Positions 11,540-30,700 of a DNA stretch of 64,000 nt are shown here, piece by piece. Below the pieces are notes generated by a model. It was not told the DNA's origin and made no database searches. It saw only the letters and a list, made by a program, of their open reading frames with translations. The stretch's first letter is position 1. The number at the start of each line of letters is the position of its first letter. Origin of the DNA: the human T2T-CHM13v2.0 reference genome, Homo sapiens; assembly GCF_009914755.1 (NCBI RefSeq), contig NC_060947.1; one strand, given 5' to 3'. The translations under genes were made by a program, and so were the position numbers.

Positions 11540-14500
11540 TAGTTTCTTTGTCTTTTAATTTTATTTTGTATAATCTTACATTACATAAAATACGTATTTT
11601 ATATATTTATTAAAATATCTGCAACTCAGACTTGTTTACTGTTGTTTTTTGTATTATCATTTTAAGTTACAGATAGTAAAATTTACTTTTAAATTGTAAC
11701 AAATGTATAAATTTTTGTAACCATCACTAACAGGATATAGAACAATTCTGGCACTCTCCAGAATTCCCACTTGCTACCTCTTTGCAATTAGACATTCTCC
11801 CTACCCTTGATCCTTGGCAACCACTGATCTCTTCTCTGTCCCTAAAAATTTTGCTCTTAAAGAATGCCATATGAATGGAATCATATAGTATGTAACTTTT
11901 TGAGACTGGTTTCTTTTACTTAGCATGATGGGTTTGAGATTGATTCATGTTATTGCATCTGTTATTTTGATTTTTGACTACCATAGTATGTTTATGCATT
12001 CAGTTATTGAGGGACATTTGGGTTGTTTCTGTATTTTTCTGACTGAAAATAATGCTGATGTAAATGTTCATATCCAGGTTTTTACATGAAAATAAGTTTC
12101 ATATCTCTAGGGTGAATACCTAGTAATAGGATTGCTGGGTCATGTGGTAAGTGTATATTTATATTTTTAAGTCGATGTTTAAATTTATAAAAAAATTATG
12201 CCAATGTTTTCCAGAATGGTTGTACCATTTTGCATCACCACCAGCAATATATGAGTTTCAGTTGTTCTGCAGCCTCACTGGCACTAGGTATTGTTGGTAG
12301 TTTTTTTAAAGCCATTTTAATAGGGATGTAATGGTATCTCATGGTGGTTTTAATTTGCATACCCTTAATGACTTATGAAGTTGAGCATCTTTTCATGTGA
12401 TTATTTGCCATTATATATTTTCTTTGATGAAATATCTATTCAAATATTTTGTCCAGTTTTAAATATTACATTATTTTATTATTATAGAGCTTTACATAAG
12501 TCTTTTGTTGGATATGTAACTTTCAACTATTTCTCCCAGTCTGTGGTTTGTCTTTTCACTTTACAGTGTCCTTCAAAGAGCAAAACTTTTAAATTTAAAA
12601 GATGTACACTTCAATTTCTTCTTTTATGGATTGTGCTTTTGGTGTTATGTCTAAGAAATCTTTACCTAACCTAAGGTCACAGAGAGTTTTCCTATATTTT
12701 CTTCTAGGAGTTTAGAAAATTGACCCATTTTTGTTTTTGGTATACAATGTGAGGTATAGGTCAAGGTTTATTTTTTTCATATGGATGTCCAGTGGTTCCA
12801 GCATCATTTGTTGAAGACTGTCCTTTCTCTATTAAATTGCCTTTACATCTTTGTCAAAAAATCAATTGAACATGTTTACATGGCTCTGTTTTGGAACTCA
12901 CCATTTTTTCCATTCGTCTATATATCTATCCTTAAGCCAATACTGCCCTGCCTTGATTTCTATAGGTTTAAAGTATATCTTAATATTGGGGAGTGTGTCC
13001 TTCAGCTTTGTTTTTCTTCTTCAAAAATGCTTTGGTTATTTCACTTTCCATAAAATGTTTAGAATCAGCTTGTCAATATGTACAAAAAATTTTGGAATTT
13101 TCATTGGGATTGCTTAAAATATATACATCGAGTTGCGGTGATTTGACATTTTAACTATATTGAGTCTGCGAATAGCATGATCATGATATATCTTTCCATT
13201 TATTTACATCTTTGAATTCTTTCATTAGTAATTTGTAGTTTTCACATACAGATTCTATACCATTTAAATATATTTATACTTAAGTATTTCATATATTTCA
13301 ATGCTATTGTAAATGGTGTTTTTCTTTAAATTTTAAATTCCAACTGTTCATTATTGATATATGGAAAATTTTTAATGTCAACTTTTTATCCTGCGACCTT
13401 GCTATACTTGCTTATTACTTCCAGGAGTTTTTTTTTCTTTTTGTATAGGCTTTGGGATTTTATACATAGATAATCATGTCACATGCAAAAATATTTTTGT
13501 TTCTTCCTTTTAATCTATACACATTTATTTCTTATTCTTGTCTTATTGTGCTACCTAGGACTCCCAGTACATGTAGAATAGGAGTGATGAGAGAGGATGT
13601 TTTTGCCTTGTTCCCAACCTTGGAAGAAGGCACCCATACTTAAGTCCAGTCTTAAGCATAATGGAAGCTATGGATTTGTTGTAGATGTTCTTTATCAAGT
13701 TGAGAAATTTTCCCTGTTTTCAGTTTTCCAAGAGTTTTAATCACACGTGTTAGATTTGTCAAATGCTTTTTCTGCATCTATTGATATGATTATGTGATTT
13801 CCTTCTTTAGCCTGCTGATGTGATCGATGTTGATTAATTTTCAAATGTTGAACCAGCCTTGCATAACTGGAAAAAATCTCACTTGGTTGTGGTATATAAA
13901 TTTTTAAATACATTGTTGGATTCAGTTTGCTAATATTTTCTTGTGGAGTTTTGTGTCTATGTTCATGAGAGATACTGGTCTGTAGCTCTTTTTTCTTGTG
14001 ATGTCTTTATTTGATTTTGGTATTAGCGTAATGCTGGACTTATAGAATGTATTAGGAAGTATTCTCTCTGCTTCTAGTTTTCTAGAAGAGATTGTAGAGA
14101 ACTGGTATCATTTCTTCCCTAAATATTTGGTAGATTTTACCAGTGGAACTATCTGAGCCTGGTGTTTTCTTTTAGAAGATTCTTAATTGTTGATCCCATT
14201 TCTTTAATAGGATTGTTGTTGAATAATATATATTTCTTCTTGTGTGAGTTTTGATAGTTTATCTTTCAAGGAGTTGGTCCATTTCATCTAAGTTATCAAG
14301 TATGTGGGCAAAGAGTTGTCATAGTACTCCTTTATTGTGCTTTTAAGTTCCATGTGAAATCAGTAATAATGGCTCAGCTTTCCTTTCTGATATTTGTAAT
14401 CTATGTCTTTGCTCTTTCCCCCTAACCTTGGTTAAACTGGCTAGAGGCTTATCAATTTCATTGACCTTCTTAAAGAACCAGCTTTTGGTTTTGTTGATTT

Positions 14501-14596
14501 TCTCTATTAATTTCCTGTTTTTAATTTCATCGATTTCTGTTCTAATTTTTATTATTATTTTTTTCTATTTGCTTTAGTCCTACGTGGTTGTTCATT
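11540..14596 (-). mobile_element. Ancient L1M (L1MB/MC-class) 3'UTR and ORF2; resumes at ~23798-23985
   Basis: ggcaaccactgatctcttctctgtcc..gaatgccatatgaatggaatcatatagtatg 3'UTR motif and continuous diverged antisense ORF2 sequence. Confidence 0.85.
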
Positions 14597-14953
14597 TTTT
14601 TTATTTTTTATTTTGTAAATTTATTTTACTTTAGGTTCCAGGATACATATGCAGAACGTGCAGGTTTGTTACCTAGGTATATGTGTGTCATGGTGGTTTG
14701 CCGCACCTATTGATCTGTCCTCTAAGTTCCCTCACTCTCCCTCCCCTCTCCCTTCACCCCACAACAGGTCCTGGTGTGTGTTGTTCCCCTCGCTGTGTCC
14801 ACGTGTTCTCATTGTTCAACTCCCACTTATGAGTGAGAATGTGCAGTGTTTTTGGTTTTCTGTTTCTGTGTTAATTTGCTGAGGATGATGGCTTCTAGCT
14901 TCATCCATGTCCCTGCAAAGGACACGATCTAATTCCTTTTTATGACTGTGTAG

Positions 14954-15581
<628 letters not shown>

Positions 15582-15972
15582 TCACCAGCAGCTGTCGTTT
15601 CTTTACTTTTTAATAATCGCCATTCTGACTGGTGTGAAATGATGTCTCATTGTGGTTTTGATTTGCATTTCTCTAGTGATCAGTGATGTTGAGCTTTTTA
15701 AAATATGGGTTTTTTTTTGCCACGCAAATATATTCTTTCAAGAAGTGTCTGTTCATATCTTTTTTATTATTATTATACTTTAAATTCTGGGATACATGTG
15801 CAGAACGTGCAGGTTTGTAACATAGGTATACATGTGCCTTGCTGATTTGCTGCACCCATCAACCCATCATCTACATTAGGTATTTCTCCTAATGCTATCC
15901 CTCTAGCCCCCCACCCCCTGACAGGCTCCGGTTTGTGATGTTCCCCTCACTGTGTCCACGTGTTCTCATTGT

Positions 15973-20713
<4,741 letters not shown>

Positions 20714-20789
20714 TATGTTGCTAGTTGGTTAGTTTGCCCATTAGTTGATGCAATTTCTTCATAGTGTCGCTGGTCTTTGCATTTTGGTT

Positions 20790-21796
20790 TGGTTTTGCAA
20801 TGGCTGGTACTGATTTTTCCTTACCATATTTAGTGCTTCCTTCAGGAGCTCTTGTAAGGCAAGCCAGGTGAGAAAATCTCTCAGCATTTGCTTGTCTGTA
20901 AAGGATTTTTTTTCACCTTTGCTTATGAAACTTAGTTTGGCTGGATATGAAATTCTGGGTTGAAAATTCTTTTCTTCAAGTATGTTGAATATTGGCCCCC
21001 GCTCTCTTCTGGTTTGTAGGGTTTCTGCAGAGATCTGCTGTTAGTCTGATGGGCTTCCCTTTGTGGGTAACCCGCCTTTCTCTCTGGCTGCCCTTAACAT
21101 TTTTTCCTTCATTTCAACTTTGGTGAATCTGACAATTATGTGTCTTGAGGTTGCTCTTCTTAAGGAGTATCTTTGTGGTGTTCTCTGCATTTTCTGAATT
21201 TTAACGTTGGCCTGTCTTGCTAGGTTGGGGAAGTTCTCCTGGATAATATCTTGAAGAGTGTTTTCCAACTTGATTCCATTCTCCCCATCACTTTCAGGTA
21301 CACCAATCAAATGTAGGTTTGGTCTTTTCACATAGTCCCATATTTCTTGGAGGCTTTGTTCTTTCCTTTTCATTCTTTTTTCTCTATTCTTGTCTTCATG
21401 CTTTATTTCATTAAGTTGATCTTTAATCTCTGATATCCTTTTTTCTGCTTAATTGATTCGACGATTGTTACTTGTGTATGCTTCCCGAAGTTCTCATACT
21501 GTGTTTTTCAGCTCCATTAGGTCATTTATGCTTTTCTCTAAACTGGTTATTCTAGTTAGCAACTCCTCTAACCATTTTTCAAGGTTCTTAGCTTCCTTGC
21601 ATTGAGCTAGAACATGCTCCTTTAGCTCGGAGGAGTTTGTTATTACCCACCTTCTGAAGCCTACTTCTGTCAATTTGTCAAACTCATTCTCTGTCCAGTT
21701 TTGTTCTCTTGCTGGTGAGGAGTTGTGATCCTTTGGAGGAGAAGAGGCTTTCTGGTTTTTGGAATTTTCGGCTTTTTTGTGCTGATTTTTCCTCAT
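20790..21796 (-). pseudogene. Disrupted L1 ORF1
   Basis: MRKNQHKKAENSKNQ..; MKRKEQSLQEIWDYVKRPNL..LENTLQDIIQENFPNLARQ; stop at 21494 and frameshifts; 3' boundary approximate. Confidence 0.9.
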
Positions 21797-22503
21797 CTTC
21801 ATGGATTTATCTACCTTTGGTCTTTGATGTTGGTGACCTTCAGTTGGGTTTTCTGTGTGGACATCCTTTTTGTTGATGTTGATGCTATTTCTTTCTGTTT
21901 GTTAGTGTTCCTTCTAACAGGCAGGCCCCTCTGCTGCAGGTCTGCTGAAGTTTGCTGCAGGTCCACTCCAGACCCTGTTTGCCTGGGTATCACCAGCGGA
22001 GGCTGCAGAACAGCGAAGATTGCTGCCTGTTCCTTCTTCTGGAAGCTTCAGCCCAGAGGGGTACTCTCCAGATGCCAGCCAGAGCTCTCCTGTATGAGGT
22101 GTCTGTCAAACCCTGCTGGGAGGTATCTCCCAGTCAGGATACACGGGGGTCAGGGACCCACTTGAGGAGGCAGTCTGTCCCTTAGGAGAGCTTCAGTGCT
22201 GTGCTTGGAGATCTGCTGCTCTCTTCAGAGCCAGCAGGCAGGAACTTTTAAGTCTGCTGAAGCTGCCCCCACAGCTGCCCCTTCCCCCAGGTGCTCTATC
22301 CCAGGGAGATGGGGGTTTTATCTATAAGCCCCTGACTGTGGCTGCTGCCTTTCTTTCAGAGATGCCCTGCCCAGAGAGGAGGAATCCAGAGAGGCAGCCT
22401 GGCTACAGTGGCTTTGCTGAGCTGCAGTGGGCTCCACCCAGTTCAAACTCCAGGTGGTTTTGTTTACACTGTGAGGGGAAAACTGCCTACTCAAACCTCA
22501 GTA

Positions 22504-22722
22504 ATGGCAAATGCCCCTCCCCCCACCATGCTCGAGTGTCCCAGGTTGACTTCAGACTGCTGTGCTGGCAGCGAGAATTTCAATGCAGGGGATCTTAGCT
22601 TGCTGGGCTCCATGGGGGTGGGATCTGCTGAGCTAGACCACTTGGCTCCCTGGTTTCAGCCCCCTTTCCAGGGGAGTGAACGGTTCTGTCTGGCTGGCAT
22701 TCCAGGCACCACTGGGGTATGA
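22504..22722 (+). CDS. Putative L1 ORF0 homologue (72 aa) in the antisense-promoter region
   Basis: MANAPPPTMLECPRLTSDCCAGS..GVGS resembles the recalled L1 ORF0 N-terminus MAGAPPPASLPPCSLISDCCAS..GVGP; Kozak context gtaATGG; no expression evidence. Confidence 0.5.
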   Translation: MANAPPPTMLECPRLTSDCCAGSENFNAGDLSLLGSMGVGSAELDHLAPWFQPPFQGSERFCLAGIPGTTGV

Positions 22723-23989
22723 AAAAAAACTCCTGCAGCTAGCTCGGTGTCTGCCCAAATGGCCACCTAGTTTTGTACTTGAAACCCAGGGCCCTGATTA
22801 TGTAGGCACCAGAGGGAATCTCCTGGTCTGCAGGTTGCAAAGACCATGGGAAAAGTGTAGTATCTGTGCTGGAATGCATCGTTCCCAATGGCACAGTCCT
22901 TCACAGCTTCCCTTAGCTAGGGGAGGGAGTTTCCTGACCCCTTGAAATTCCCAGGTGAGGTGATGCCCCACCCTGCTTCAGCTCACCCTCCATGCGCTGC
23001 ACCCACTGTCTAACCAGTCCCAGTGAGATGAGCCACATACCTCAGTTGGAAATGCACAAATCACCTGCCTTCTGCATTGATCTCAGTGGGAGCTGCAGAC
23101 TGGAACTGTTCCTATTCAACCATCTTGCCAGCCACCCCCGTCAAGATATGTTTCTCTGTTCATATCTTTTGCAAACTTTTTGATTGTGTTGTTTGTTTTT
23201 TTCTTCTAAATTTAAGTTCCTTGTAAATTCTGGATATTAGGCATTTGTCAGGTGGGTAGATTGCAAAACTGTATAGCCAAGACAATCCTAAGCAAAAAGA
23301 GCAAAGCTGGAGGCATCATGCTACCTAACTTCAAGCTATACTACAAGACTACAGTAACTGAAACAGCATGATACTGGTACCAAAACAGACATATAGACCA
23401 ATGGAACAGAACAGAGACCTCAGAAATAACACCATACATCTACAGCAATCTGATCTTCAACAAACCTGAAAAAAACAAGCAATGGAGAAAGTATCTCCTA
23501 TTCAATAGATTATGCTGGGAAAACTGGCTAGCCATATGCAGAAAATTGAAATTAGACCCCTTCCTTACACCTTATAATAAAATTAACTCAAGATGGATTA
23601 AAGACTTAAATTTAAAACCCCAAACCATAAAAACCCTAGAAGAATACCTAGGCAATACCATTCAGGACATAAGCATGGGCAAAAACTTCATGACAAAAAT
23701 GCCAAAAGCAATTGCAACAAAACAAAAGTTGACAAATGGAATCTAATTAAACTAAAGAGCTTCTGCACAGCAAAAGAAACTATAATCAGAGTGAACAAGC
23801 TGTTTATTCTTTAGTTTGCTGAGGTGGATTCTTAGGTTACTTACTTTACATCTTTATTCTATATACATACACACATACTATATATACTTATATATACATA
23901 TATATAGTAACTTTTTCCTCTACACACTGTTTTTGCTGTATCCTACAAATTTTGATAAGTTGTATTTTTATTTTTATTTAGTTCCACAT

Positions 23990-26900
23990 GCAGATCCTGA
24001 ATGTATTTTGTTAGAATTGTACATAAATATTTCATTGGGGGGCTACTATGAATAGTATTATTCTTAAATTTTGGATTCCTATTGTTTATTGTGGATGTAT
24101 AGAATTTGTATCTGTGCCCTTGCCAAAGTCACTTATTAGTTCTATGTGCTTTTCTTAGATTACTTGGGATTTTCTACATAAGTCATCTGGGTATATTAAT
24201 AGCTTTATTTATCCCTTCCTAATCTATATACCATTCATTTCTTTTCTTGATTCATTGTACTTGCTAGTACTTCCAATACGATACTGAATAGGAGTGGTGA
24301 GAGTGGTCCTCCTTGCCTTGATCCCAATCATAGGGAGAAAGCATGCAGGTTTTCACCATTAAGTATGATGTCAGCTGTAAGGTTTTTGTAGATGCCTTTT
24401 ATCATATTGAGAAAGTTTTCTTCTATTTCTTGTTTGCTGAGAGTTTTTATCTTGAATGAATGTTGAAATTGTCAAGTGATTTTCTGCATCTTTTGATATA
24501 ACCATGCATTTTTTTCTCCTTTAGACTGTTAATACAATGAATTACATTGATTGATTTTCCAATGTTTATCCATTCTTGCATTCCTGGAGAGAAACCCCAC
24601 TTGGTGATGATGTATTGTTCTTGTAATATATTGCTGGGTTAAATTGCTAAGTGTTTTTTTTTTTTTTTTTTGAAGATTTTTGCACCTATGTTCATGAGGG
24701 ATATTGGTCTATAATTGTCTTTTCTTGTATGGTCATTGCTGGTTGTGGTATCAGAGTAATGGTGGCTCAAGTCAGTTGTGACATGTCCCCTCCTCTTCTT
24801 AGATGCTTAATAGAATTCTACAGTGAAATCACCTGGGCCAGGAGTTTTATTTTTCAGAATAATTTTGATTATGAAATTAATTTCTTTAGTAGATATAAGA
24901 TTATTGAGGTTATTTATTTTATCTTGTGTACATTTTGGTAGGTTATATCTTTCAAGCAATTGGTCCATTTTATCTAACTTGTCATATTTGTGTGCATAGA
25001 ATTGTTTTTAATATTCCTTCGTTGCCCTTTAATGTCTCAGTCTATAGTCATATCTCCTCTTTCATTCTTGTTATCCATTGTAAGTGCCTTCTCTCTTTTA
25101 CTTGATCATCAAGCTAGAGGTTTATTAATTTTATTGCATTTTTTTCATAGAATCAGCTTTTAGTTTAATTGATTTTCTCTGTTGTTTTGTTGTTCTCAAT
25201 GTTATTAATTTATTTTTCTTTATTATTTCCTTTTGTCTTTGCTTTAGTTTTAGTGTCTTCTTTTTCTGGTTTCTTAAGATGGAAGCTTAAGTTATTGATT
25301 AAGCTTACTTCTTTTCTAGTATAAGCATGTAATGCTATTAATTTTTTTCTAAGTGCCTTTTGGGGCACATTTCACATATTTTGATATTTATTTCTATTTT
25401 TATTCAGTTCAAAATACTTTCTAATTTCTCTTCAGAGTGCCTCTTTGCGCCATGGATTAAATGGTAGTGTGTAGTTTAATTTCCAAATCTGGAGATTTTC
25501 CAAAAATCCTTGGTTATCAATTTTTAGTTTAATTATATTATAGTCAGAGAATATATTTTAGATAATTCAATTCTTCTAAGTTTAACAAATTTGTTCTATG
25601 GCCCAGGATATGGTCTGTTTTGGTGAATATTTCCATGTGCTCTTGAAAAAAATGTGTATTCTGTAGTTGTTGGGTAGAATGTTATATAAAGATCAACTAG
25701 AACTACTAGTTCATCAACCAACTACTTTGTTGATGATGTTGCTCAGGTTTCTATAGCCTTGCTGCTTTTCTATTTGTTTTATCAGTTACTTCAAGAGACA
25801 ACTTGAAATGCATAAAAATAATTATGGATTTGTTTATTTCTCCTTTTAATTCTGTCCATCTATGCTTTACTTATTTTGAAGCTCTGTTGTCAATTGCATA
25901 CACATTTAAAATTGTCATGTCTTCTTGAGGAACTGACCTTTTTATCATCATGTGGTGTCCCTTTTTGTCTGTGGTTATTTTCCTTTTCCTGAAGTTTACT
26001 TTGTCTGATATTAAATACACACACCAGCTTTTTTCTTCTCGTTAGTGTTTGCATGTTATATCTTTTTCTCATAATTTCATTTTTAACCCATGTATATCAT
26101 TATGTCTTGAGTAAAATTCCTGTAGACAGCATACAGTTGGTTACTGTGTACGTGTGTGTGTGTGTGTTTAAAAATCCAATCTAATTATCACTCCCTTTTA
26201 ATTGTTTTGTTTAAACTATTTTCATTTAATGTAATTACTGATATGGTTGCATTTTGGTGCAGCATTTTATCATTAATTTCTGTTCTCTGTATTTTATTAC
26301 CTTGGTTTTCTTTTTTTGTGTTTTTTTGAGTTACTTACTTTTGAGAATCCTATTTTAATTTCTCTATTGCATTTTTGACTATATCCCTTTGAATTGTTGT
26401 TTTCAGTGACTGTTGTAGGAAATGCGATATACACATCAAACTTTATACAATCTAGTTAGCATCAATATCTTACCATTTCACATAAAAATAAGGAATAAGT
26501 ATACATATATAATCATTTTACTCTTCTTCCTTTTACAAAATTTTCATATGTATTCCATTTACTTATTGAAAATCCCATCATACAGCATTATGCTTTTTGC
26601 TTTCAACAAAAATATATTGTTACACAAAATTATGGGACAAAAAAAGTCTATTTTATTTAGGGAGACATTTACTATTTTTGTTGCTCTTTGATCATTATTG
26701 ATGTTCTAGATTTCCTTTAGTTATTATTTCCTTTCCACTTGAATTTCTTTATATTTCTTTAAAATTGATTTATTAGCAATGAATTATCTTATTTTTCCTT
26801 CATCAGAGAACATCTTCATTTTTCCTTCATTCCTGAATGATAATCTCATTGGTTATAGAATTCTGGGTTGACAGGCAGGTCTTTTCTTTCAGCACTTTAA

Positions 26901-28710
26901 AACTGTTGTTTCACTGTCTTCTGGTCTCCATCATTCCTGATGAAAAATCAGCACACATTTGGATCTTTGTCCTCTAAATGTAATATATTGTTTTTCTTTG
27001 CCTGCTTTCAAGACTCTATTTTTGATTTTCAGTAGTTTTAAAATAATATGTACAGGCATGATTTCTTTGAGTTTATCCTTTTGGGGATTCACCAAGCTTC
27101 TTAGATTTGTAGATTTTGTTTTTCCTGGAATTTGGGAAGTGTTTAGTCAAATATTTTTCTGCACATACATTTTTCTCCTGTCTTGCTGGAACTTTGATGA
27201 GATGAATGTTGTATCTTTTGCTATTGTTCCACAGGCTCTTAAGCTCTGTTTTATTTTTTTAAACTGTTGAATCTCTATATTTCAGATTGCATAGTTTCTA
27301 TTGACCAAATTCACTAATTCATTCATCTGTCATCCCCATTCTTCTATTGATCCCTTCCAGTTTTTATGTATATTACAGTTTATTTTCATTGTTGTATCTT
27401 TTAGTTTTATGATTTTCATTTAGTTCATTTTTAGACCTTCTATTTCTCAGAAGAGAACCGATATCTTTACATTTATTCCAAAATTGTCGACACTTACTTC
27501 ATGTAGCACAATCATAATAACTGCTCTAAAATCTTGCCTGATAATTGCAGCATTTAGTCACCTCGAGGTTAGCATCACTTGATTGCCTTTTCCTTTGACA
27601 ATTTCTTAGGTTTTTATGATTCTTTATACATTGAATAATCTTTGATTGCATTTGGGCATATTCAATACTATGTTATGAGACTCTGAGTCCTGTAAAATAT
27701 TATAGAGAATTTTTTTTATTTTGTTTTAGCTGGCAGTCAAACCTGTTGCATCTAGACTGCAAGTCCTAAGCCAACTTCTGTAAGCTATAGTTCCGATGTC
27801 AGTTTAGTTAAAAAAGCCATTGCAGTGATCTTCTGGTTTGTACTCTTTCGTACATTCTTGGTGCCAATTTGGGATCTGGGCAGTGATCTATGGTGTAGTT
27901 GAGTTCATAAAGCCTTTGCTGTGTTCATTACATCTGGTTTCACACATGAGCAGCTTGGGACTGAGCCCAGGACTTTAGAGATTTAAAAATCCCCTTTTCC
28001 AGCTTCATCATCTCTGTAGTTCTCTCTAATTCCCAGAGGCCCTTTTCCTGGTGGTCTAGCTAGAAACCCAGAGAGCTTCAGCTTTCCCACATTTTTATGT
28101 ACTTCTTGTGACTGGGCCTAATTTGGGACAAAGTAGTGGGAGCAAAGAGCTTGTGGGGCTGCTACTGCTGCCTCTACTGACAACATTTTTGCCCAGTGTA
28201 GTACAGGGAGAGTAAAAAGGGGCTTCTCCACTTCACAGTGGTAACCTCTGTCATACCAGTGAAGGATGGCGTGACTTTTCTTTGCTGGCACTCAAAATGG
28301 CTTGGGGCCACCTCCGTCTTGTTTGGAGCAGTGGACTCCTGTTTTGTTGCTCATGCTTGAGAGTGAAAAGGGGTTTGTTCCACACTGGCCCTCACTCCTG
28401 CTTCTCTGGCTAGAGAGAGTGAACTTCTCTTGAATCTTACTTTATCTGCGCCTGTTAGTAGTTTTGATTTTTGCCTGCCACAGAGTTTAAGCCAGGATAT
28501 AGAAGACAGGGGGAGAAACAAACCAACAGGCAATTTATTGCTGATTTGTCCTTTGAGTACGGAATTCTGTATTCAGACTACCTGGTCTTATTTTCCTTTC
28601 AGAGTCTTCTGAGAGTTGCTTTATGTATTTTGTGCAGAATTCTTAGTTGTAATCAGTCGAGGAGGTAGGATGGAGTTATTTACTCCATTTTAACTGAAAC
28701 TGGAACTCAT
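23990..28710 (-). mobile_element. Second ancient L1M (ORF2 5' part, ORF1 region, 5'UTR)
   Basis: Diverged antisense ORF2 (gaataggagtggtgagagtgg..), ORF1-region motifs (tatagaattctgggttgacag..ttcagcacttt), and 5'-end-like rc gagttccagtttcagttaaaatggag at ~28685-28710. Confidence 0.75.
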
Positions 28711-28759
28711 CTGCTTTGCTTTTACAAGTACATTGTATTTATAATATGAAAATATATAT

Positions 28760-28910
28760 CTGGTTGGGAGTATTTTTAAAAATGCAGATTCTCAGGTCCT
28801 ATCCTTAGACAAAATAAATCAAAATATTCTGGGAGTGGAGACTAATAACCTATATTTTATGGAATATCCCCATATGGGATTCTGATGGAACAGTCAGGTT
28901 TGGCACCTAC
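28760..28910. mobile_element. MER5A/B fragment
   Basis: aaaaatgcagattctcaggtcc..aatcaaaatattctgggagtgg..gattctgatg..caggtttg. Confidence 0.6.
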
Positions 28911-29079
28911 TTTTTCTCATTTGCAGATGAGAAAATGGAGACCTAGGTTGTATTCTGTTCTCATTCAGTTTATTCTTTATTGCCCATGTTTTTTTATTTC
29001 ACCCTGTGAGTCATGTTTTGTGCTAATTGGGAATATTTTCCCACTGTATCAAGGGCCAGGCTTATTAGTGCAACTGTAA

Positions 29080-29405
<326 letters not shown>

Positions 29406-30544
29406 AACTGTAGGTGTTTAAACCACAAGGCAGTAGAAGAGGAGAAATGGGTAAAATTGGCTACATGTGATAGTTGGATTTGGTTTCTTCCAAACATTTT
29501 CCATTGTGAAAGCTTCATAGCCAATCAGAAGAGAAAAATCATTTTACAGAAATTCATGGAATTAAAAACTTCTTACAAATTATCCAATTGACATATAAGG
29601 AATAGACCCGAATCCCAGACAGGGAGAGAACTAGAAAAGAAATTTTCAGGTTTTGGCTGAGGACATAAGAGGACAATGGGGAGGAAGAGCTGATAAATAT
29701 CTAAATGTTAGAATAGAGGCAAAAATAGGACTGGATGAGCTACCTGTGAAATTAGTTACAAAATGAGTGAATATCATAATTAATAAGTAAAGCTATATCA
29801 ATCTTGTTTAATTTAATGGGACTCTGTACTTGTTTGTTCCCTAATATATATCATCTTGTATACTAAGGATGGCTTTGTAGATTGTATGCCACACAACTCC
29901 ATAAGGCACCCTATGCATATATTAGAATGCCTGGAGTTGAATACAACTGTATGTGCTACTCTTTCTTGTATCTCCAAGATTTTTTTTGTTGTTGTTTGTT
30001 TTTTTTTTTACTAAACAGTAAAGTGGTACCTTTTCTAGATGACTGTGTACTATGATTGAAAGGCAGTAGAAGAGGATGAGTGGAGAAAAGCAAAGTGGAG
30101 GGGCGTTAGTGTAAATCAATTGTAGGATGTATGGGGTTCTAGAAATAGTGAGAACTTACAACCTGAACTCATTAAATTCTCTACTACCACAGTCAATTTC
30201 TTCCCCCTTCAGCACCCCTCTGCAACCATCCCACAGAACAGACTTCTAAAGGAAACATTTGGCCAGAGGACAAGGCCCAGCAAACGTACACTCTTTTTAC
30301 TATTATTCCAGTATAACTTCTGGTGAGCCAAATTGAGTGACATGGAAGACCCTTTTGTCTAGAGCTAAACCTCTTCTTTCTGACCATCCTGTGCTAACAC
30401 CCAAGCCTTAGTCCTTCAAATCTTACACTGCAGGAAAAAATAGACTCATAGCATGAAAGCTAGAAGGTAAATTGGAAATTGGAGGTGCAGGGGAATGGTG
30501 TGAAAAATCTTTTATAAGGCTTGTTTTTCAAAATACAATCCTCT

Positions 30545-30700
30545 ATAAGCATTAGGGCCACCTGTTTTCTTTTTGCCAAAAGAGGCTTATTCCTGAGCTT
30601 CACCACCAGAGAGTTTCTGATTCCATAAGTGTGGATTTGGGATCAGGAATCTGTATTCACAGGCTTTTCAGGTTATTTGTAGAAACTTTAAAGTTTGAGA
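30545..30700. mobile_element. MER5A-like fragment
   Basis: ccagagagtttctgattcc..gggatcaggaatctgtatt..caggttattt..aaagtttgaga. Confidence 0.5.

Noticed and set aside
21725-22165. 146-aa plus-strand hydrophobic ORF
   Set aside because: Antisense reading of the L1 ORF1 start and 5'UTR with a GTG start; typical of L1PA copies.
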